Source: Camelus dromedarius (Eukaryota). From it: DNA of 64,000 nt. The DNA lies in NCBI RefSeq assembly GCF_036321535.1, contig NC_087437.1, forward strand, positions 77,502,001 to 77,566,000, written 5' to 3'. The notes beneath the pieces are model-generated. The model did no database searches and was not told the DNA's origin. It saw only the letters and a program-made list of their open reading frames with translations. Position numbers and translations under genes: made by a program. Below are positions 54,029 to 64,000 of the stretch, piece by piece; position 1 is the stretch's first letter, and each line of letters begins with the position of its first letter.

Positions 54029-55047
54029 CAATAGATAATTATTGAAGGAATATGAAAGTTTTACCTTTATGGTGATGCTTCACTGGGAGGATTGATTTAG
54101 GATGGGGCCAGTTTAGTCCCTTCTGCTTGAGTCTTACTTCTCAAGAGATCCTGGTAAAGAAAAACCTAGATTTAAATATTTGCAGTCTTATAAGAGGGTG
54201 AATCTAGCTCTTAGGCTGTTTTGAAAAGTGCAGCTTAGAATTTTAAAAAATATGAACGATTTCTTCTGCCTGTCCAGGAATAGGCATTTAACATTCCAAA
54301 AGGAGGAAAAGTAAGGAATGAATAATGAATGAATGTTACTCATTTTCATGGTCGGGGGGAGGTGGGTGAAGTTTAGAAACTGGTCAGGTGGGGGATGGGT
54401 TGGGAGACTTCCCCTGGGGTACCACTCTGTGTTCTTCTGTATTTCTGAACCATGTAAGTACATTACCTAATAAAAATGTTGATACACGGTATATTTAATA
54501 AGATTAAATTGAGTAAGTGCTGAGTGAGTAAATTTCCACATACTAGCCGGTGGGGTTGGTTAAAAAGTATTAAAATTTCCCTCTACGTTAATATGGCAGA
54601 TCAGATAACGTGGCTTTTCATCTCTGTAGAACCCATCAGGGTGGTGGAAGAAATGTCTTGATGATGTTCTACCTAAACAGTCTTGAAATGGTGGATACAT
54701 ACTACTCTTTTATGCAATGAACAGAGAATTCTTACTGTTACATGAACTCATCATTTTGTAATTATTTTAAGAAAATAAATAAAGGGGAAGAATTTAACTT
54801 GACTCAAAGTTAAATAATCTTGTTTACACAACTGAAGGGGTCAGACATGCAGGACTTTGCCCTAATACCTTCTTTCTGAAGTATTTTTAGAAGTATCTTG
54901 ATAGCCAAAGACTGTCTGAGAGAAAAACTGATTTACATTTTTGTCACACTCTTAGCAAATGGACAATAATCCAGTTAGCAAAAACCATTCCATGTGTTCT
55001 GAATTGTGAACAATATTCTCAACTATTTGTCTTTTAGTACCAGTTGA

Positions 55048-55425
<378 letters not shown>

Positions 55426-58400
55426 TAAAGTAAGTTTTTGGTCACTACTGTAAGCTGAGAGTTTGTTTAGAATATCAGGTGTTCTAGCCTGGAGGTTGCT
55501 TGTTAGCTTTGAGAAGATTGATGTAAAGAAGCTTTGTTTTAAGGTCCCGTGAGTTTCTCTTTACTTTGTTGATCTTTTTAGCCCAGTAACTGGTCAAATG
55601 CAACTTCTACAGGTGGGCATTTGCTGGGGTCATATCCCCATGTCTCCCCTTCGCCTCCCATACTTGTTAGGCAAGAAGGGGAATAGTTAACTTGGAAATA
55701 AATATCAAATGTATCCCATTCTGTGTAGGAGATTACTGTAATGTGTGCTGTTTTTACAGTGGGCTTTGCTCAACCCAACTGAACATATGTTAAGATATTT
55801 TTCCATGTTAGTAAATATTTTCATCAATACAATTTTCAGTTCTCAGTTGCTGCAGAATATTCCATCAAAATAGCTTGTCATGAACAAATCTCTCACTTGG
55901 GAAATTTAGATTTTTTTTCCTGGGTTTTTGGTTTTTTTTTTTTTTCATCTAGTATAAATAACTTTGTGATTAACCTTCTTGTCCTGTTCATTGTTTGTTT
56001 GTTTGTTTTAACCATTCTTTTGTAATTGTCTTCGTGTAGCTGTTGAGAAGCACTTTGTGCTTTTGTACATCTTGGTGGAATTACCCTAAACCTAAGGACT
56101 AGAAATTTGTTTTGAATTTGCCTCTGCCGCTAAATTGCATTATTGTCTATGGGATTTAATTCAAGTCATCACAAAATGAGAGTCCCACCTAAAATCTGTA
56201 TGATTCCAAAAATATCAATTATATAGCAAGTGATATCAATTGATCAGAAACCTGGCTGCTTATATTCTGGCACAATGTTTTATTATTTTTGTCTGCAGTA
56301 AGATTTGTTTTGTTTGAACCATGCTTTCAACAAATGTTAGAGTATACTGTTGCTTTTCATGTCTCCCATGTTGGAAGAATTTTGCTTCTCTGATTTACGA
56401 CTCCACTTGGTAGTAGCCTGCAAGGACTGGGTGACTGATTTATATAAGAAAACAAGATTTCATGGGATTAACTTAAATTTATGAAAGAACCTGTTAACAG
56501 AAGTCAAATTAACTCTTGTCAAAAATACTTACAGACTATGCTTTGCTTTATTACGACTTTATAATCATAATTCTACCTAGACATGCAGGGTAAGGTGTTA
56601 GATAAATGACTACAGAAAGTGTACTTTTGGTTATTTTCAGTGTATAGTAGTTTCATGATTATTCCCTCAGCACACGTACATTGTCCGCTTAAGTTTTTAC
56701 AATGACTTTGAGATACATTTTAGAAAAAGGTTGTGATTATTTAATAATTAAAAATTAAATTAATAATAATTAAAACTGATTATTTTATAATGGAACCTCT
56801 TCTTTCTTTAAAAGTTTCTGATAATTGTTCACATACTTCATTTATTTAACATGATACAAAGGCGTTCTAATGGGAGGTGCTTTGCTTCTTCCTCTTGTGA
56901 AGGAAGAAAACAAAGATGGTTTTCATACATGAAGCCTAACTGTTAATTCTACAAAGAGTGTATTTTTTGTGGGGAGCCTGGATGACTTTTTAGTGTGAAT
57001 GTTAACTGCTAGAGTGCCTGAAATTATGTAGTCAAGGTAGGAGGGCAAACGCGTATCCAAACAGCTACTTAATACGTGCACATATTTTCTTATAAGCTGT
57101 TTCTCTTTAAAAACAGCCCAAGTAATCTTAACCCCTCTAACGCACATGCATCTTATTTACGATGATGGGAACGTTGAGAGGAAAAGAATATTGGAAGTAG
57201 TGCTGCTGTGAAAAGTGTCAGATAATGGAACCAAAATCTTACCAGTGGAGCAAAGAGTTCCTTGTCTTTTAAAACACAGCCCCTGAGCTGCTGTGTGTTC
57301 CTGAGATTGTTCCACCTCTCCTGATTTCGTTATTCAGATGCCTAGACTGTAATCAAATGTGTGCTTTAAAATATGATAACATTGGTTCTGTGTACAGAAA
57401 GTAGATGTATTAACTTGTACTGATCTTTAATTTTTATGTAACTTTAAAAATGGAGTAGTATTTTCTGAAGTTATAATCATGTAATTTATATGAGCAGTAT
57501 GTTTTGTGGATACTGTAACTGCGTGAACATAGATTCTGCTGCAGCCGTGGTGATCCGGGTGGCTCATGGGTAGTGAATCCGTGCAGCTTTAAGCCGTTAC
57601 GAGTGGGGCATTCAGCAGAGCGGGATCTGAAAGTGGGCGGGGAGCACCCTCCGGGTTGGGGTTGGACATGGAGAAGAGCAGAAGGGTTTGAAGACCGCGT
57701 TAGCGGGGTTTAGGAGGGTGAAGTTGAGAATTGCCTAGGAAACGAAAGAAGTAAGAAAGCTGGGGGTGCTAGTTTCCCTTTTTTCTCTCTCTCCTCATCC
57801 TGATACTGTGCCAGAACTTGAACAAGTGCTTGGACTCACTGGAAAGATCTTGCAGTGGCTACCTTCCCATCCCCCTTCTTTCTTCTGCCTTTAACCTTAT
57901 CTTTCTCCTCTCCGGCTACTTCTGCGATGCTGGGATTGGCAAGTGCTGAAGTCCTGGCGTGGAAATACAGGGATTTTGTTTTCCTCTTCCCTCTCCCTGG
58001 GGCTGTTGCTCCCTTTTCCTTCCATCTCCCCATGACTAGAAAAGACTGGGTTGTTGAGAAATAGGACAGTAAATGGGGTGGGTGGCAGAATAAGGAGTGA
58101 GTGACTTGGGGCAGTATACTAGTGACTGTGAAATATATAGCATCCCCATGGAATAGGGAGAAAAAGAAGAGAAGGAAAGTCACCTCTTGTAGCAAGAAGT
58201 AATGGAGTATCTGGGCTGACCAGCTGAGGCCCTGGTCCCAATGTAGATTGTACGTCAATAAATGGCTATTCCTATACACAGGAGCATTTTGGGAGAACAG
58301 AGGGACTAGTCTTAATCCACTTCATTAATTTCTGTAGTCATTTGAGAATCTCCAGATAATTTTGTGTTGGTGTGTGAGAAAAGGTATCCTTCAATCTAGA

Positions 58401-59739
58401 AACAAATTGCAAAAAGAATCTTTCTTCAAAGGACTTTGTTTTGCCTTCCTTGAGCCATTAGTTGGCAAAATACTTTAAACACACTCACACACAAAATACA
58501 AAACTACCACGTGTTTCTGACCGTGGGTTGCATTCTCAAGAAAAACAGTGCAGAGACTTCACTACATAAATATTTCTGCAGTTAGAAACCGGCCCTCTGG
58601 ATTATATACTAAGAAATGGTCGCTAAATACTGCAGCAGCTGACTCAAAACTTCAATTTCATTTTCTGTTCACTTGTGTTTGATCTGTGCATTGACTCTCT
58701 GTAAAGTTCAGCATTAAATTAAAAAAACTTGCATTAATTTCTGTGGATTTTGATGGAAGTGACCCAGATATTTTGTATTCTTTTCATCCCTGTCCTTTGT
58801 AGATGAGGAAGCAGAACAAAACAAAATTCAATGCCTGTAATAGTTATTTCTCAGTTTTTTTAAGCACTTGCTATACTCCTCCAAGTATTGTTTATGCAAT
58901 TTTTTAATTATGCCTTAAGAAGAAAAGTAAAAACATGTTTTTTTTCCAAGTACATAGATAGAACCTCTCTTTACAGTGTTCTCCAGAGCTCGTTTTTGCC
59001 CAGTTAGTTATTTTAGTGTGATGAGGAAATACCCTGAAGATTTTTCTTGTTACGTCGGAAAAGGTTAAACTCTTCATCACTAAATCATTCTTTCCCTTGT
59101 TATCCTCATCTCCGGGGATATAATCCTCAAAGAGTCCTGCCTTGTAAATTTGAAACTTGCTTAACAGTAATGAGGAACAGGTCTGAAAACAAACAGAGAG
59201 CAGGAGCCCTTCACCAGTAATCATGTCTAGGATGACTCTTTCAACAGCTTTCACTTGGCAACATAAAATACCTTTTTCTTCTCTCTTATGTAGAAGATTT
59301 GAGTTAATAATCTGGCACATTAGCTAGAGCAGACCACCAATTCCTTGGAATAAATGTAGCTTCAGCCTTAAAGATATGGCAGAGATGATTCATTCACACC
59401 CTTGAGCAAAGTTGTCTATCACCGGCTGCCTTTCTTCTCTTGCCATGGTAACTGGAGGGACGGCTAATCCCGTTAAAGAGAGAGTGATACAAACCGTGTG
59501 TGTATGTGTTTCTGTGTTTCTGTGGAAGATTTTTACAGAACTTCTAAACTGTAAACTTTTTCCACTTTTATAATTGTACAAGGGCAGACCAAATGTGAGT
59601 ACAGCAGTGCCTTATCAGGGGAGACCTGGCCTTTCAGCCACGTCCCTCATTAGGAGAAGCTGTTCACCAGGAGTTGTCCCAGCCCGACCCCTGTGCTCTG
59701 ACACTGTGCAGTAGTGCTGGGATCCTCTTGGTAAGCGAG

Positions 59740-60280
59740 AGAGAGGTGTTCCCTGTTCTCATGTAGCTTCTGGTTAATGTGTAGACCTCGCCAAATCTCT
59801 TCCCTCATGTGATAGAGCTTTTTGTTGTATAGAACAAGGTGTCCCAGTGTAGAGCAGCGAACAGAACACACACACGGAGATGAGGAACGAGGTGAGAGGT
59901 GACCCTCTTCAGTTTGGGGGATCTGAGAAGGCCTCATGGAGGCGGTGACATTTGGAGAGAGGAATCACAAGAATTCGTGGGGAAAGAATTCAGGTAGAGG
60001 GGAGTCAGCAAATGCACCAGCCCTGAGGTGAGAGAGTGCAGTCCTGTTCAGGCCAGCAACGTGGAGGCCCATGTGTCTGGAGGAGGCAGAAAGTGGGAGG
60101 GTCACAGCAGATGGGGACAGAACAGGGCCTGGGCATCAGCCCTGTCAGGTCCTCCTAGGCCATTTATACGGACTTGGGCTTTTACTTGAAGGGAGAGAGT
60201 TTGAATAGAAGAATGACGTGGTTTATGTTTCAAAACGATCACAACTGCCGTATTGGGAATAGAATTTGTAGAGAAGAGAT
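59740..60280. mobile_element. L2 fragment
   Basis: tccctgttctcatgtagcttc...agaaggcctcatggaggcggtgacatttg...gcaaatgcaccagccctgaggtgagag...ggacttgggcttttac. Confidence 0.7.
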
Positions 60281-60535
60281 TATGTGGTTTTCCTTTTTGC
60301 TCTCTGTGTTTTATTCCTAAGAAATCTCTCTTCTGCTTAATCATATTTCTCCCAACAAGAAAATAAGTAATTGCATGTTTGCTGTTAGGTAATAGAAGTT
60401 GACCTAAGCCAAGTAAGCGCAGACTGACTTTAAAAATGTCCAGGAGGATTTCAGTACATGTGTTAAATGATGGGTTGGCATATAATTGATAGTGTATATT
60501 CTCTAGATAATCTTCTAATATATTTATATTTTTAG

Positions 60536-60657
60536 CCTTGGGGCTCTATTTTGCGGAATTGGAATTTCCTAGCTGTGACACATCCGGGGTACATGGCATT
60601 TCTTACATATGATGAAGTTAAAGCTCGGCTCCAGAAATACAGCACCAAACCCGGAAG
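60536..60657 (+). CDS. CBLB: CBLB coding exon (probable exon 6, 122 bp): start of variant SH2 subdomain
   Basis: Acceptor tttttag|CCT; translates [40 protein letters not shown](S); donor AG|gtaaga. Absent from the ORF track, read directly from the sequence. Confidence 0.98.
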
Positions 60658-63592
60658 GTAAGACTTTTTGGCAGTAACATTATGTGATGTTTGTAAATAT
60701 GAAAAGTCCTCTGTGGTTCATTCCTGAGTAAATCAGTAATACCCATTGGGAGAGGGGAGGGAAATAATAATAGACCAAAACAGTGCCTTTTAATTGAATT
60801 CTTTAAATTGACACATTATGCTTGTTCTGAAACTTAGTGTTCTTAAAGTGAAAGAGGATAGGATAGTATATAAGTTGATGAATTTAGAGAGTAAGTCTCA
60901 GAGTTTCAAATTGTAGTAGGATATTAGCGTATTAGCTGTTCTCAGGACACCTCTGTTTTTGTATAAAATTGTATGTGTATAGTTGAATACTTGAATATTG
61001 TGCTAATTACATAATAAATCAGTTTCATGTTCATTATTTTAGGGTATTTTTTAAGACATCCAATTTGGTTCTATGATAAACACATAATTACATATAAGTC
61101 CATATTAATGCATTTAAGGATATATAAGTGTGCTTATGCATACATGATAAACACATATAAGTACGTACACACATAAGCCCATTGTTAACACTCCAAATCA
61201 GTTTCATGTCCTTGAGAACTTCTTCCATGAGGCCTCATGCTTAATGTTGAAATTAAGTGAAACTCACAGAGCTTGGCTCTTTGATCAGCCCCTCTGGCTT
61301 TGGCTGAGAAATCATAGCTTATTAATGGCAAATCTGGGCTCAGAAAATCTGTCTCTCTGCTGATGCAAGCATTTGTGCCGTGGCAGGCGGTAATGGCAGT
61401 GCTGACCTGCACACACACGCACACACACACTCGCTCACGTTTTAGTAGGAGACACCATCCCAGTGTCCATGAGTGCACTGAAACTCATCGAGGGGTCATT
61501 TCATTTTTGGAATGAATTTGGTTGTTTTTCTTTAAGTCTACCTTTTACCTTTTAAAATCACTTTGATTTGATTTGTAGTGCAAATGCCATTTGTCCTTTA
61601 ACAAAATCTTTTCAAGTACAGTCAGTTATTGATTCCTTTCTTCTCTGCCATGATAATTTCCACCATTTTTATTTTTAAGAATTTGTATGGTATGTTTAAA
61701 AAAAGGTGTTGGGCACAGAAAACAGTGTGGCTCCTGTGGAGTCTTCGGTTTAGGCTGAGAGCTGGTTCTCACTGTAACCATGAGAGCAGGTCAGGTATTT
61801 TGCACATTGACAGTGGCTTAAGATGAGTCATTTTGTTTCATTCAGGAATCTCTCATAACCAGATTTTTTCATAATTTTTTCTCTCTCGATTGACATCAAA
61901 GTGTCTTGTCCTAGAGTCTGATTTGAGAGATGTATTATGATTGGAATCATGGAAGTCATACAGATTTAACACAGAAGTTATTCGGGACGGCATCTTGTCC
62001 AAAAAATAATAAAGAAACTGAGTCCTTTTTGTGTTCTCTTCTGCAAGATCATGGAGATAATTAATGACAATTTTGGAAGCGAAAGCCACGTCTCATCACT
62101 GTTAGAACAGTTTTCTTAAGATAGTGCCCTCTGAAAGGATGTCTTCCTTTCCTTCTCATCCTGCTCTGTGACAGTGTTTCCCCCCTCCCCCCAAGTTTTA
62201 GGTTGTTAGAGATGAAATAATTAGTCTGTGGTAAACTGTTCTAAGTAAGGTGGGATGATGGGGCAATTAAAATGTGTTTAGAAAAACCCTGAACAGTTTA
62301 AATAATTTTGATAAATATTTCTTTTGCAGAATAGATGTATTTAAGTGGTCCTTTCTCTTGGAAAGTGTTTCATTTCTTTGGCTTCCTGGTAAAGAATAGC
62401 TGGGCCTGTTCCAATGACATTTGGATTCCCCAGGTTGTACTTTATTTGGGATCCAGCTGATAGCCAGAAGTCTGTGTGGAATTACCTTGTCTGATGGTGA
62501 TTAAAAATGCTAATAAGTGATGGGTTGATATTTATTTTCAAGCTCTCTAGGAGAATGTTTTTAGACCTTCTTAAAAAGTCCTTTCCAGAAGTTCTAAAAC
62601 CAGTATGAAGTTCTTAAAATTTAAACATCACAACTTCCTTTCTTTAGAAACCTGGTTTTCTTCAAAGGTGAAACCACACAGCCGTACTAAATATACAGTC
62701 AATTAAATCTAATGACTGTATAGCTGTTATATATGCTAAATTATCCTGTAAGATTTTTAATAATATTTTTCAATCAAAACTAATGTATATTAAGAAATAC
62801 TTATTTCTGCCACATACATATAGCAGTTAGGGTATTCAAATATAGCTGACACCTTAAGTTGGCCCACTTTTGATTTGCTTAAGGGGTTTTACCATCCAGA
62901 TACTGAGATTATGGTGGCAAGATCGAGTGCAATACACTAAAAGGGGAATGGCCTAAAATGTAACAAGTAGATAGATAATTAGCTAAATTAATAAATAATA
63001 ACAAGTTAAAACCAAGGCAGTGTTTTCCTATCGTTGTCATTCATTTTTATTTATATTTTAGAACTATTTTGGCTCCCTATCACAAGACTTTGAACTTGAC
63101 AGGGTTAGTGGGAAGCCACAGCATGAACTTACCTAACTTGCTTTCTTATTATAGTTCAGCTCTTTGATCTTTCATTTAAAGTCGAATGGCTGGAATGCTT
63201 AAAAGAAAAGATTATTTTTAAACAAATGACTAACAACTGAAAATGTATAATTTTCAAATTTCACAGTAATATATTGAATTCTGTAGTAGAAACTGGCTCA
63301 GTTTCTGTCAGAGATGGACAAATTAATTTTTACTTATTTTATTTTTACTTTCCCAAAATGATTTATGTCACAGCTGTTTCACACCACCAGCACTTTATAT
63401 AGAGCACCCCCTGATGGTGATGGCAGTCAATCATTTGAAGATTTACAACTTCCAATTCTTCATATAACTCTGGAGATATTTAAATAGAATTACTGTCATT
63501 GCTTCTTTTACAGATTAATAAATGGAGAGGAGAATGACGTAAAAATGTTTTTTATTCTTTCACTTAAGAACAATCTAACGCACATTTAGTAG

Positions 63593-63781
<189 letters not shown>

Positions 63782-63980
63782 TGAGTATGAGAAATGGGTA
63801 TCAGGGTGCTTTTTACTCAAAGATGTGGACGATAGAGACGGCTTTGTGATGGAGAGACTGGATAGTGAGGCTGATGGTCTGGCTGTTCTTTATTTCAAGA
63901 CTAAGAAATGGATGGATGTTCCTTAGTTTTTATTGTTCATCTCTGAAAATAGTCATTTTAAATAACCTAATTATTTGAGG

Positions 63981-64000
63981 TTTTTTTTTTTTTTTTTTTT
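63981..64000. repeat. Poly-T run at window edge (possibly the tail of an antisense retroposon)
   Basis: 20 consecutive T, truncated by the window end. Confidence 0.6.

Noticed and set aside
57836..59320. Minus-strand ORFs of 147 and 138 aa
   Set aside because: Low-complexity purine/pyrimidine bias, no recognisable domain, no exon structure.

Overview
Mammalian genomic DNA: AT-rich, CpG-depleted and full of interspersed repeats. It is an internal part of the CBLB gene (E3 ubiquitin ligase Cbl-b) on the + strand. Four coding exons (37860-38006, 55155-55311, 60536-60657, 63643-63780; 147+157+122+138 = 564 nt) have canonical AG/GT ends and join in one open frame. They encode part of the tyrosine-kinase-binding (TKB) domain: end of the 4-helix bundle, EF-hand and variant SH2. 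By recalled human gene structure these are exons 4-7, so bases 1-37859 are the distal part of one long intron. The rest is intronic: old eutherian repeats (L2, MIR, MER5, MER33, MLT1, L1M, ERV LTRs) plus younger L1 3' ends and tRNA-derived SINEs of a type I recognise from camelids (species call is inference). I found no evidence for a new biological system. The best observations are retrotransposition footprints (a tiny twin-priming L1 inversion, TSDs, nested insertions, a solo LTR) and short CpG-rich or motif-rich intronic patches that may be regulatory. Repeat family names and boundaries are by eye and approximate unless a TSD is given.
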